Below are positions 27,240 through 40,243 of a stretch of 64,000 nt of DNA, in pieces. The position numbers and the translations under genes are program-made. The stretch comes from Octopus vulgaris. Its lineage: Eukaryota. Position 1 is the first letter of the stretch. Every line of letters starts with the position of its first letter. The notes under the pieces are model-generated. The model was not told the origin of the DNA and made no database searches. It worked only from the letters and a program-made list of their open reading frames with translations. The DNA lies in contig OX597816.1 in assembly GCA_951406725.2 (NCBI GenBank), positions 127,100,001-127,164,000 on the forward strand. The letters are read 5' to 3'.

Positions 27240-29270
27240 AAGTATGTATTTTTAAATTGGTGGAAATTATTCTGTCATATCTAAAGCATAAATCTGACTA
27301 CACATCAAATGAGAAAGAAAATAAGATTGCTCAGCTATAACTGCCATATAAGACAAAACAAGTGAAATATCCATAAGAAAGAAAAGCTTTTTTACCTGCT
27401 TAATGTGGCCCCAAAATGGCTCAGTTTCTCATTGGGTACAAGCTCTAATTGACTAAAATAACAAGCATTACAATGGTGTGTATAAAATTGCCATATGCTA
27501 GGTTTAACTGGCCTAAAAATTGACAACTAATCAATGAGCCAAACTTTCTAACTGGCTGAAATAATACACATGACAATGATGTAACTAACATGTTGGCATG
27601 AATTCACAAGATTAACCTGTTCTTAGATTGCTGGAAAAAACAGTAATTGATACGAATCAACATAGAAACAACAGACAGCAAAAACCAAATGATGATGCAA
27701 CATTGCTTAGATGAGTGGATTGTAAAGTTTAAGAGTTGGGACCAGTAGAAATATATGACATATGCATGCTCAAGATATAAACTTGGAAGTTTGTATGATA
27801 TGTACGCAAGTTAAACAAGTTAATCTGTTTAATATGCACATCATATTTAAGCATGTGAATGTACGATGCATATGGGTTGTGTAAAATGTGCTTTCATTCA
27901 AGCAAATCTGCAGAAAATGAATACAGTATGAGTTCCATGCATATTGGTCTTCAGAAAAGTGAATTGAATGATATTAGCATTCTACAAAAATGATGTATGA
28001 AGTTTGCTTTTGTGCTACCAAGTGCTCTAAGTGAATGCTAATTTGGGGCTAAAGGTGAAAAATTGTAAGCAATAAAATGTCAGTCGCTCCTTAGCCACAT
28101 TAGTTGGCAAGTGCATTATGCCTGAATTCATATTAAGTGTTTGTGTATGTGTGTGAGTGTGCGTGCACTTATGTTAGTGTTTGTGAGTGTGTTTACGTGT
28201 ATGCTTATGCGAGCATTTGTGAGTGTGTGTGTATACTTATGTGAGTGTTTGTATGTGTGTGTGTGTGTGTCTGTGTGTGAGTATAAATACTTGGTCACTC
28301 CATTTGAGAGATAAATATGTACCAGAAAAATGCCTATAAAATGTTTTGCCAGGTAGGCAGATTTGGAAAATACATTTTTAAAACAGCTAAAATTTAAAAT
28401 GTTCAATCAGAGTTTAAAATAAAAATAAAAAAAGTAACAAAATTAACAGTATACATAATCAAAGTAAAAGTGTTTAAGATATAGTCTGTTTATACAATTC
28501 AGGAATTGCAGCAGTAGTTTTACCAACCTTAGTGTTTCTTTTCCTCAAATTCTGTAGAGTAAGTGATTTCATGTTAGTCATATTCTGTCCTTAAGCTTTC
28601 TTGTGTAAAAGGTGGTAGTATTGCCACTTTACAGTTCAGTTGACCAATGTTCTGCATAGCAGTAACTGTTTCATCATTGTTGCTTACTATTATTTCTGAC
28701 TGAAACAAAACAGTAATGGTTGCAAGAGAGTAGCTCTGGAATTATATTGAGTGTCAAACAGAAAACAGACCTCAAACACATGTGTGTGAGAGAGATTGTC
28801 CAAAAGTTATTTTTATGTTTCTGAAAACTGACTAGCGAAAGTGTGTAGTAAATGTTCATTTCAATGAAATAATTTGTATTATGGAGTCAAGTGTGTGTGA
28901 TCAGATAACAGCCAGCAGAGTTAAATGTGTGCAATCAGATAACAGTCAGATAATGGCCAAAGGAGAAAAAATGAAGCTCTTGTTTTTAAATTGGTGGAAA
29001 TTGCTCTGTCATGGCTAAAGCACAAAGGTGACCCTAGCCAAAGATGATAGAATTAGTTTAACCATAGTAGTTGCTGGTGTGGTGAAGAGAAACTTGTTTG
29101 GGCATGAGCAGATTTGACAAGAACGCATAAAGATTTTTGATGTGCTTGATATAGCTTGAAACTGGCTCAATGGAGAAATAGTTACTGATTAACTGAAATT
29201 TCTAATTGGATAAAGTTTCTGTTTGGCTAAAATAACAAACATCAGAATGCTTGCAAGAAATACATCAACT
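27240..29270 (+). repeat. Two diverged direct copies of an unclassified repeat (~27240-27580 and ~28975-29270)
   Basis: TTTTTAAATTGGTGGAAATT..TCTGTCAT..CTAAAGCA at 27249 and 28983, and CTAAAATAACAA.CAT in both. Confidence 0.55.
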
Positions 29271-29480
29271 TAGTAAGAATTTTTAAATGGCTTTACATGT
29301 GCATTAATTAGACAGATATAACAAACACACTTTATAGAAGATTAATGTAAACTTTGACGCATCAAGAATTAAATGGAAACTGAATACTAAGGTGCTTGTG
29401 TGATCTTAAATAGCTCTTCCATACTATAATTTCTCTATCTTCTCTTCTCCCTTTCTTTGTTTGTGTGTGTCCCTCTCTCT

Positions 29481-29486
<6 letters not shown>

Positions 29487-29525
<39 letters not shown>
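29487..29525. repeat. (CT)n microsatellite
   Basis: Pure CT run. Confidence 0.95.
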
Positions 29526-29527
<2 letters not shown>

Positions 29528-30303
29528 GAGTGAGTGGACAAATGAAAGAAGAGTACTCAAAACATTTATTAGGAGTTACATGTATGGCTCAAAGTAGTTT
29601 GATTCAAATTCGTTGGTACTCTGAGTTTCAAGTGTGATGCTAATCTTCAGCCATTTTGAATTTGAATTAAACTGTTTTGCTCTATACATACATGCATGTA
29701 TTTATATATAGAGAGGTTTATATATATATATAAACCTCTTTCTAGGTTTACAATGATACTATTATCACTCTGAAAGCTCACCATAAATCTGTTTGGGTGT
29801 GCGTTCATCTGCCATTTGAACAATATGGCCAGACCATCTCATTTGGTTTTTCAGAATCATTGCTTTAATTGAAGTGATGCTTGCAGACTCAAGGATATCT
29901 GTGTTTGGAGTAAAATAACTTCATTTAATGTTTAAAATGCAATGAAGGCAATTTTGGTGGAATTGTTCTAACAATTTGAAAGGTATTTCATAACATGCTC
30001 ATGCTTCGGAAGAATACAACAGGGATGGTAGGACAAATGATTAGTAAAGAGCCAATTTTGTGTTGTTATTTTTATGTCATTGGTGTCAAATGCATGACTC
30101 CAAATCACCAAATCCTTGTGCTGCCCTTTGAATTCACAGATGTATGCAAACATATATATATATATATAAGAAAATAGTAAAGTGTGAAAAAACGACAGAA
30201 GGCTTAAATGTTAAAAAATATATATATTTGTGTCAAAATGTCTGGAGAATATTGGAAAAACTTTTTTCCTTTCCTTAAAATGACATAATTTAAAAATTTT
30301 TTA

Positions 30304-30343
30304 AAGAAATTACCGGTTTCGCGTGTAGCTTTTCAAATTTCTT
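30304..30343 (-). ncRNA. Minimal hammerhead ribozyme, U3-A8 core variant, in the PLE 3' UTR
   Basis: AAGAAAU UUGAAAA GC-UACAC-GC GAAA CCGG U A AUUUCUU: perfect 7-bp stem I, palindromic stem III, GUA site; 135 nt after the PLE stop, same strand. Confidence 0.8.
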
Positions 30344-30478
30344 GTGACGTTATGTTTATATTGCATGGAGTTATCGTTGTGTTTATTTTCAGGAGATTTC
30401 TAAATAAGGGGAGGTAGTGAGTGATTTCTTCCGGTGTAAGGGAGATAATTGCTTAAAAATTTTTTTCCTTTTCCCTTG

Positions 30479-31992
30479 TTAATTTCTCTGTGTCAGTATG
30501 TTCGGATGGTTGAGTCTGGGTTTGTACTTTTCAATGAAGAATGTTTCCTTGTTCAGTCTCATTTGTGTTGATGATCCGAAAGCACATTGGTAAAATGGGA
30601 AGATTAAAAATTGTGGCAGTAGTTGCTTTGCGCATTTCTCAATGTGCTCACTAAAAGGTATCATTCTATATTCTGGGAATGCAATCTGTTGTCGATGCAG
30701 TGTGCATCTACGCCTGAGTGATAGTCCCGTGGAACCCACGTAGTCTTGGTGGCAGCCCGAGCATTTAATGACATAAATTATGTTTTCAGAGGCACAAGTA
30801 AAGTTAGATTTGATCTTGAATTTCTATCCCTCTTTAAAGAAGAATTCTGATCCTTCCAATAGGTTAGGACATGTTGCACAGTTCGATCTACCACATTTTT
30901 TTACTTTTGCATCCGTAATTTTAGAAGACAATTTTGCCTTTGTGAGAATCTTTTTAAGTGATTTAGGCTGTTTGTAGCTTTTAATGATTTGGTGTATGTT
31001 TAGAATTTCCTTTAATTTTGGGTTTTTATGAAGTATTGGTAAATTCTGGGTGATGATGGTGAAGGCTTCTTTGTTTCTGGGGTTGTATGTAGATATGTAA
31101 GGTAGTATTTTCGGGGAAGGTGTGTTGTTGTGTTGAACTTTTCTTAAAGTTTCTATGTTGATTTCTGTTGCACGTCTGATCCCATCCTCTATGAGTTGAG
31201 CTGGGTAATGTCTGTCAATTAGGGTGTTTTTGAGTTCTTGCAGTCTAAAGTTCCTGGTATTTTGTTCTGACACTATTGTGCATATCCTTCTTGCAAGGTT
31301 GAAGGGGATGTTTGTTTTAGTGTGTCTTGGGTGGCATGAATTAAAAAGAAGGTATTGTTTGGCGTCTGTGGCTTTGTAAAAAATGTCTGTTTCTATTTTA
31401 AGGTTAATTTTTTTAATTAGTATATCCAAGAACGGGAGCTCCTTTTGGTTGTATTCCATTGTGAACTGTATATTTGGGTTTATGCTGTTCAATAGGTTTT
31501 TAAATTTTAGGAGTTTATTTATGTTTTCATTCCAGAGAATGAAACAATCGTCTAGGAATCGTTTCCAATTCTCTTTTATGTATTGAGAGAGGGAGTTTCC
31601 AAAGATTGATAGAGATTCCTGGTAAATGATTATTTCCATGTATCCCATTGTTAAGTTCGCAATGACTGGTGCTGCCCTTGTACCCATAGCAATTCCAGAT
31701 TTTTGACGGTAAAATGTATTGTCAAACATGAAGTGGTTATTGTGTAGGATGAATTCAATTGATTTAGTAATGAATTCCTTACTGATCCTTTTTGGTATTT
31801 CTTCCGGAAATTGGTCTAACCAGAACTATTGCCTCCAGTCCATAATTATGAGGTATACTGGTATACAAGTTGACTACATCAAATGAAACCAGGATTGTTT
31901 CTTCCTTGGTTTTTTTGGAAGGTGGTTTAACATATCTAAGTCATCTCTGATATGGCTATCGATATGTTTAAGGAAGGGTTTCAGGAGGATGT
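30479..31992 (-). pseudogene. Penelope RT/GIY-YIG polyprotein (frameshifted)
   Basis: SFDVVNLYTSIP, GIAMGT, RFLDDCF, LPFLDI, YLLFNSCHPRH, CGRSNCATC, then IIYVIKCSGCHQDYVGST...RCTLHRQQI...KPRLN. Confidence 0.93.
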
Positions 31993-32005
31993 CCATACTT
32001 TCTTA

Positions 32006-32064
<59 letters not shown>

Positions 32065-32639
32065 ATATATACATATTTAAGAGGATTAGAAAAAATGGAG
32101 CATAAACATGTTAACATACAAGGAGAATGTTTGGATTATAAATCAAGTGTGTAACAGGAAAAAAAGGTCTGATAAATTAGTACGATTCACCTGTTCTTAA
32201 ATTGAACTTTTCTTCAGTCATTTTCTGCTCAAAATTTGTAAATTAAAACTCAAATCATTCTAGGTTAAACCTATTTAAGAAGTAGCTGCCATGTGGACTT
32301 GAGCATAACTAGTAAGATGATATTCAATACCATCTATCTGAATGTATATCAATGCTCAACAGCGATTTTTTTTTATACTGGTGGATAAAGGCTGTGCCTG
32401 ATAGATGGAAATTTTCTGAGCTGTATTCCAATTGACTGGTTACCAAACAATGCATCTTACAATGTTGCAATATCTTTATGTTAAGGGATCAAGATTATGG
32501 AAGCAAAGATAATGTAAGATTTGGTCATCACATGCAGTCATTTCAACTTAAATATAACTAAGTTTTATTATTACGTAAAACAATTATTTAATATAAATTA
32601 GAATTCATTTCCAATACACTTCAATATTCAACAGAATTT

Positions 32640-33790
32640 AATTTCTAATATAAGTAAAAGTATATACTCTTTATTTTCACATTCAGTGGTGCTTCCCAAT
32701 GTTATTTTACCCCCTCATAATGCAAATTTCTATACAAAATACAATGTATAACACACAGTTTCCAAGCATAAAAATATTTAAAGAAATATCGTATGCTACG
32801 ATCCAGAATTTAGTTTGAAGAAATGAACATTATTTGCCTGAAGCTTACATGTAATCTCTTTCAATATTCTGATGATATATAGTTTAACTAAAACATTGAT
32901 TAAAGTTAGCCATTCTTGTAAAAATATGGCATACTCAGTCAACCACTTTATTTCTAAAAACCTTTCCAATACCAATAATATAGTTTCTCCTTCAAATTGT
33001 AATTTCATTGAGCTAAATAATCGTACCCTTACTGGTAATTGTACTTCAAAGCTCTAATATGCTGTGCTAAGATAACAACATCATGCACTTCATTTACAAT
33101 GGATTAAGGAAGAGCTGCTTTAAAACATGCTTTAATGACCATATTAATACATTCAGTAAAACAGTATAAAAGATTCTTTACAATTCTTTCAAATCATATT
33201 TTGTTTGGAAAAGATATAAGTTTGGTGGTGTTTAAAATTAAATGGTCAATACTTTAATACATTACTTCCTGTTATGAATTTGTTCGGTAATTTTTGTTTA
33301 AGTGATACAGTTTCCATATTATTTCAAGATAACTTACATAAAATGAAAGATCAGAGTTGCTAGACCTTTGCATCTATACTTCAAAGTATTCTTATTTTCC
33401 AATTATGTACACACAGATGGATGATTCTAATACCAATATGTACCTCACATAGTTGAATATTCAGAAAACTTTGAGTAGTATTAATTGTATCATCTCCATT
33501 TCAAAACTGCTTTAAAACACCTATATACCACTTTTCTATTGCTGTGTTAGATCTTTATGCACATGCAACTGGCTATGGCAACTTTTTCACACAAATATAT
33601 ATAGTTTTCAATAACTTTTCATGCTGTTTATATTCTGTGTCCACTATATCATATTGCCTAATTTCATCTTTTTTATTTAAAGTGTTACTTCTCGTATGTT
33701 TCAAAAACAGTTTTATTGTCAAGAAAGTAGATTCTTTTAAACCATTTTTATCCAATCACTATTCATTTCAATATTGAAACATATTGTATA
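32640..33790 (-). mobile_element. Heavily decayed transposase remnant, possibly hAT
   Basis: Fragments LLKTIYICVKKLP, YCFTECINMVIK and RFLEIKWL loosely match hAT motifs; many stops. Confidence 0.3.
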
Positions 33791-34929
33791 TAAACGTTTA
33801 TGTTCCATTTTACATGATCATTCAAGGATCAGCTAGAAGAGATTTATAGGGACAATTTGTGAAGTTCATCCTACAAAATATTATACAACTCTACTTTCAT
33901 TATAGAGGATAGTTTTTCCTTTTTCTTATTTACTCATAAATGTTTATATCGTTTATGTACTGTTGTTTACTACATTAAAGAGTTTTTTACCAGTGGTTTT
34001 GTGTCAAGGAAATACATACGTATATATATATGTTATATAATGTAAATTATTTATATATACATATAAGACTTATTCTTTATTAGTTTCACTCATTGGACTG
34101 AGGCCATCGTGACATTCAAGGATTTGTAGTTAGTTGTGTTGACCCCAGAAAACCTACAGAAAGGATTAAGATACTTATGAAATTGCCAGAAAAATATAAA
34201 AAGATAAAATATTTGCGATGCTGCAGCAGAATTAATGAAAAATAACATAAATGGGGAAAGATTTGGTATCGTGAGAATAATCATGATTTGGACACATCAA
34301 ATACCTTGAAAATCAATGCTAAATTGTCATAGATTTACTAGTCAACAAAGAGAAAATTGAAACAGGATTACAATTTTGTAGGTGATAAGTAACTATGAAT
34401 AGTGCAAACATACACAACAGAGAGGACAAGAGAAAAAGAATGAATAGAAAAAGCAAAGTAGCATACTGTATAAATACCAAAACAAACAGAAATGAACACG
34501 AGTTCAAGAAAATAGGTCAAAATTTGTTTATTAAATGGAGAATAGTTGTTTTGAACAAAGTGTGGAAGTTGTCATAATGGTTATCTGATGAGAATTTCTA
34601 ACGTAAATATCTGGTGTAAATCATACATATTTCATTGAAGTTTGCTGCATCAAAATCTGTAACAAATATTCAATGAAATTCAATTGCCATTTATATAGCA
34701 TTATATCTGCATTATAAATTTGCTTTTATTTTGCAGAAGTCATCATTTCAGGAGCAATGACATAGAATGGAGAAAAAATTATTTTGTGTTATCAAAAACA
34801 ATTTCGTGATGCCATACATTGATTTTATAGTGTTAGATGTGTCTCACCATCAAGATACTTTCTATAAATAATATTCATATAAACAACTAAAATTAAATGT
34901 TAGCATTTCAAACACATTAGCCTGCTTAC

Positions 34930-34991
34930 CTTATTCTTTCAAAATCCAACTGATATATCTATAACACTCTAATGGTATTTGCATGCGAGTT
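34930..34991 (-). other. Candidate 62-nt non-coding/UTR exon
   Basis: Strong acceptor CTTTTCCATTTTCTTTCTCTAATTGTAG and donor AAG|GTAAGC; all three frames contain a stop. Confidence 0.35.
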
Positions 34992-36414
34992 CTACAATTA
35001 GAGAAAGAAAATGGAAAAAGTAACATCATCATACAATAAAATAATGTTTTATTTTTTCTGAAAGCTTTCTTGTTTCTCAAATATTAATGAATTCCAAAAT
35101 AATTATTGAAAATTGTATTAAATGAAACTTCATTTGGAATGCAACAAAGGTTAAAACTAAAAGATAAAACTTCTTTCCTGTTTCATCTGAATTTCAGTAA
35201 GGATGTAAAAATATCTCAAAAGCACTAGGATACAATAACTGATAAAAATCAAGCCAAAATAAATTAATGAAAAGTCAATATCTTGCGAATAATAAACATT
35301 CTAATCTTTTGACTCTATTTTTATCAATATAACAAATCAAATTAAGATCTTTACTCATGCTAGCCTTATTTATATTGTATTCAAAATCAATAATGTTTAT
35401 ATTTTGTGTATTTTAAACTACCTTTTGATGTCAGTATTGCCTGGTGGTCAAAGTGTCATGTTTTTATGCTAATGAATCTAATGCATCCTACGTGAGATTT
35501 CACTTTATTCCCTCACTGTTTGATTCAGGTGTGTTACTGAAATTCTGTCAAAATACCTGACTCCAACTTCTGTCTTTCTATCATAATATGACATCTAGTT
35601 GATCATCAATTCATTTATCTTATTTATAGAATGTTCCTTTAGTTTCGTATTTCATCACTAATTTTAGATATAGTTTTATACATATATGTAAAATGTATAT
35701 TGTATGTATTTTCAAAAAGAAACCATTATTTTTAATAAAGGAAATAACTATTATCCTTTCCACAGACTATATTTTATCAAAAAATGTTTATATAATAATA
35801 CATTTTGCTGAATATATCATAAATTGATCTTATATCATTATTTATTGATTTTCTTGTGGCTACTCCGTACACTTTCAACTGACATATTTATCGCTCGAGT
35901 TTAACGAGAAATTTTTGCCTCAATTTATTGCTAATATTTTATGAATTTCATTGAAAATATTATTTAAATATATGTTTTAATTTGCTTACATTTTTTAAAT
36001 CCTATCTGCTCATTCACTAATGGATGATTGAAATAAATTATAGACATAATTCCAAATCTCACTGATGGTTCAAATTTTGATCACTGATTGTGATTTCTGA
36101 AGGTAGTCAACATCGTTTTGAGAAATGATAATACAACTTGTAGGAACAGTATGGCAAAATGGTTAACATTGTTTTCCAATTATGAGATCCTGGTGTTGAT
36201 TCTACAGAAAGGCATCTTGGCCACACATCTTTTATTTAATCTTGGATCAGTCTATAATTTGTGAATGAAATTGGAAACTGTATGGAAGCCTGTCAGCTGG
36301 ACTACACATGTAATTGAAAGGCCTAGCCATGTCACAAGTTTCACACTGACTTTGCAAGAGAATTACATTAGGGGTATACATATCTGTGGAATACTCAGCC
36401 ATTTCCATATTAAT

Positions 36415-36634
36415 TTGAACCTTCAGCATTGATATTTGGCCCAAATATTCTACCTGATATATGTCCTAACTGGCCAGATCTGGCCTCTCCCACTTTCTCT
36501 ACAATGTCCTTCAAAATGTATACCGTCACATCATTGAAATCTTGAACTTACGAGATGATGTGAGGATTAATTCGAAACAATGTGAATAAAGAAGCATTAC
36601 ATTTGACAGAATAATCTGAATGCTAAAGCGTTAA
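36415..36634. mobile_element. piggyBac-like (TTAA) MITE, decayed
   Basis: Termini TTGAACCTTCAGCATT ... AATGCTAAAGCGTTAA. Confidence 0.5.
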
Positions 36635-36884
36635 TGAATTTGGTTGTTCACTTAAACTACTGAATAATCATCAGTGGAAATACTGTGCAATTTCCACTTG
36701 CTACAGCATTAAGAAAACTCCTAATGCTAATGATCTGAGAATGTTTTATTTATATAATAAAGATTGCTTTTCATATGATGCACACATTGATAAAAAAAAG
36801 ATGTGCAGAATTTCAGCGCTTAAGGTGCAAGTGTGTGATGGTGATGATGATATGATGACAATGATGATGAAGATAATCCTTTCT

Positions 36885-37369
36885 ACTGGAGGCACAAGGC
36901 TTCCAATTTGGAAGAAGGGATTAAGTCGATTTCATCGACCCCAGTACGTTACTGGTAATTAATTTATTGAACCAAAAAGATGAAAGGCAAAGTCAACCTC
37001 AGCAGAATTTGAACACAGAATGTAGTGGCAGACGAAATACCTATTTCTTTACTACCCACAGGGGGCTAAACACAGAGAGGATAAACAAGGACAGACAAAT
37101 GGATTAAGTTGATTATATCAACCCCAGTGCGTAACTGGTAATTATTTAATCGACCCTGAAAGGATGAAAGGCAAAGTCGACCTCGGCTGAATTTCAACTC
37201 AGAACGTAGCAGCAGACGAAATACAGCTAAGCATTTCGACTTTGCCTTTCATCCTTTCGAGGTCGATTGAATAAGTACCAGTTGCACACTGGGGTCAATC
37301 TAATCGACTTATTCCCTTTGTCTGTCCTTGTTTGTCCCTTCTATGTTTAGCCCCTTGTGGGAAATAAAG
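36885..37369 (-). mobile_element. SINE family B cluster: two minus copies plus an inverted partial copy
   Basis: GATGAAAGGCAAAGTC twice; 37236-37369 is the reverse complement of 37047-37180; (AAT)n tail at 37372-37440. Confidence 0.85.
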
Positions 37370-37399
37370 GCATAAATAATAATAATAATAATGATGATG

Positions 37400-37440
<41 letters not shown>

Positions 37441-38242
37441 TAGAATAATAATTGGGTGAAAGGAAACTAGAATGATAGCATATAACTCAGTGGAAGCATT
37501 GTAATTAAGCTCAAAAGTGAGAAAGATAGAAACATGTGTTTCATGAAAGTCATAATTCAAAATGAAAATAAGTCAAATTAGAAGCAATAAAACTGAAGCA
37601 ACATTATATCAGTACTCATTTTGATACCGGTAATATAAATATAAAATGATGAGTTTGTTGCTATAAATAATAACACCAATAATTAAAATATTAATTTATC
37701 TAATCAAATCATAATTTTAATTTACACAAATTTCATTTACTACTTAAAATAAACCAATGCTTAATTAAAAAGATTACTGCATTTGATTGAAACTTTAGGA
37801 TTTAATATTTCATACAAAGCGTTATTCTTCATTACTTCAATTTTTTTTTTTTTCAAAATCAGTCTTTTATTTTATCCCAATCTGTTTTGACAGCCATTAA
37901 AACTAATATACATAAATTATCTCTTGTGGCTTTTAAAAAATGTATTGTAGCTACTTGAAAAACAAAACATATCCAACTGAAACATACTGCTTTATTATAA
38001 TCAACAAATGTGAATTTTGAATTGTAGATATTCTGCTAATTCAGATTGCAGCTTCAAAACTAATTAGGTCCTCATATGATAAAAGTTATGTTCCATTTGA
38101 AACCTGATGATGACGACAATGATGACGAATATGATGATGATGATCATCATCATCATTTAGCATCCGTTTTCCATGCTAGCATAGGTTAGATGGTTTGACT
38201 GGAACTGGTAAACTGGAGAGCTACACCAAAATAATAATAATA

Positions 38243-38836
38243 AGAGGGCTCAGACAGTGCAAACCTCTGTAAAGGCAACACCAATGTCCTCTCAACGATT
38301 AACCAAAAATGATTTTTAAAATGAGAATATCTGAAATAAACTCAACTGCTCTCACAAATGAGAATACTAAAAACGAATCCGACCACTCTCAAAACTTAAG
38401 TAAAAAACCTGAAAAATAATCCAAAATCTTTGTCTGGTACCAGATCAATCCCAATGTTAGTCATGGAATGTGAAGGTGACTGTAGAAAATTTAGTAACAG
38501 TAATAAATAGTTTATCATTATCTAGTACAAGCCAAAGTTAACAAATTCACCATTCAAAATAGCTACAGCCTAAAGGGAGATAATTGAGAAAGACTTGAAA
38601 ATTAAGATAAGATCATAATCATGTAAAGTAAATATAACAAATAATCCAGAATCCTTATCCTGTACCAGATCTATCCCAAGAACCAATCAGTTCATGCCAG
38701 TCATGAGGCCAAACATCCCTGAAAGATTCATCCAAATCCATCCAGTGGTTCTTGAGATATCTAGTCCACGGACAAACAAACAAGCAAACACGACTGGAAA
38801 CAACACCTCCACCTTCACTAAGGGGAAGGTAATAAT
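38243..38836 (-). mobile_element. Non-autonomous Helentron/DINE-like (HINE) element
   Basis: Terminal hairpin ACCTCCACCTTCACTAAGGGGAAGGT, (GTTT)n tract, GATATCTCAAGAACCACTGGATGGATTTGGATGAA core, related ACCTCTGTAAAGG at the other end. Confidence 0.6.
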
Positions 38837-38849
38837 TATCCTTACTGCT

Positions 38850-39260
38850 GTAGGCACAAGGCCTGAAATTTAGGAGAGGAGGATAGTCGACTATATCGCC
38901 CCCAGTGTTTCGCTGGTACTTAATTTATTGGCCCCGAAAAGATGAAAGGCAAAGTCAACCTCGGTGGAATTTGAACTCAGAATGTAGCAACTGGTAAAAT
39001 ACCACTAAGAATTTCATCCAGTATGCTAATGCTTCTCCCAGCTCTCTGCCTTAATAACAACAACAATAACAACAACAACAACAACAATAATAATAATAAT
39101 AATGGTTTCAAATTTTAGCACAAGGCCAGCAATTTTGTGGGATTGAATAAGTCGATAGCGTTAGCCCCAGTGCTCAACTGGTATATATTTTATCGACCCT
39201 GAAAGAATGAAAGGCCAAGTCAACCTCAACAGAATTTGATCCTGCCAATTCACTGCCTTC
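38850..39260 (-). mobile_element. Two SINE family B copies separated by (AAC/AAT)n
   Basis: GGCACAAGGCC..., GATGAAAGGCAAAGTCAACCTC...GAATTTGA. Confidence 0.8.
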
Positions 39261-40068
39261 ATAATAATACTAATAACAATCATAATGATAATTTGTTTAT
39301 CTATTGTTTTGATTAAATTGCTCTGTCATAAAAATTGTGACTCATAACCTACTGAGAAATAGCTTTTGTTTTTTTAGCTCCAATAATGTATTGTGTTGCT
39401 GCAGATTCTCTTTTACCCTCAAGGTAAAAGAATTTTTTAATTGTTCATTCACTGAGTATTTGGAGTTAGTTGCAAAGGTCTTCTGCTTTACAACCGAGGA
39501 GCAAATCTTTTAAAAGCTTATTCATTTTTAATTAAATTTTTATGAATATCAAAATTTTAAAATCAAAAGTTGTTCTGTTGTAATGAGTTGTATGTCTGTA
39601 TCTCAGAAATCAAATATCATGATTGATTTATGAATTCATAATATAAATTATATATTTATAATAGTAAAACTATTACTCAAGCATTAGAATAGTTTGTTCT
39701 TTGTTAAAGTTAATTAAGTGTTATTTCAGAACTGAAAATTCATTGGCCTAAGAGTATAAATACAGTATCTCTCAGACAGCACCTGCTTAAGAGCAACACA
39801 AAAAATACATCTACATATATAAACTCAATATATGAAAGCATAGAGAATAAAATTCTACATGTCTGCAGTAAGCTCTTCCCATACAACTCCCATGCAACTC
39901 CAAAATAGCTGGACTAATTTATCTCAAAGAAGACTTGGTTCTTAAATGCTCAGAATACTAAAAACAGACTATGCATGACACAGTTCTATATTTAAGAGAT
40001 GAGGAATTATGTACATTATTTACATTATTCACAATTGACGGACATTTGTCCTCATCTTGTTTGTTGTT

Positions 40069-40114
40069 AATACAACGTTTCGGCTGATATACCCTCCAGC
40101 CTTCATCAGGTATC
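40069..40114 (-). ncRNA. Minimal hammerhead ribozyme (canonical C3-G8, extra A after A9)
   Basis: GAUAC CUGAUGA A GGCUG-GAGGGUAUAU-CAGCC GAAA CG U U GUAUU. Confidence 0.8.
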
Positions 40115-40200
40115 TTGGAGAAATTTCGAACCTGGGTTCTCATTCCTAAGCTATTGAAAAATACCTTAGGAATGAAAACCCAGGTTCAAAATTTCCCCAA

Positions 40201-40243
40201 GAGACCCGATGAAGGCTGGAGGGTATATCAGCCGAAACGTATT
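40201..40243 (+). ncRNA. Mutated hammerhead copy (U4C, 3-nt deletion at the cleavage site)
   Basis: GAGAC CCGAUGA A GGCUG..CAGCC GAAACGUAUU. Confidence 0.55.

Larger units (their letters stand above)
30168..32007 (-). mobile_element. 5'-truncated Penelope-like retroelement inserted in (TA)n
   Basis: RT plus GIY-YIG coding region, 3' UTR with hammerhead, TA runs on both flanks. Confidence 0.93.

Noticed and set aside
32175-32222. Minus-strand CUGAAGA..GUUC/GAAC..GAAUCGUAC hammerhead-like motif
   Set aside because: GAAA is broken, and stems I and II are mismatched; at best a very old relic.
34090-34507. Hydrophobic minus-strand ORFs suggesting a membrane receptor (also 59924-60157)
   Set aside because: Explained by T-rich composition; no GPCR or channel motifs.
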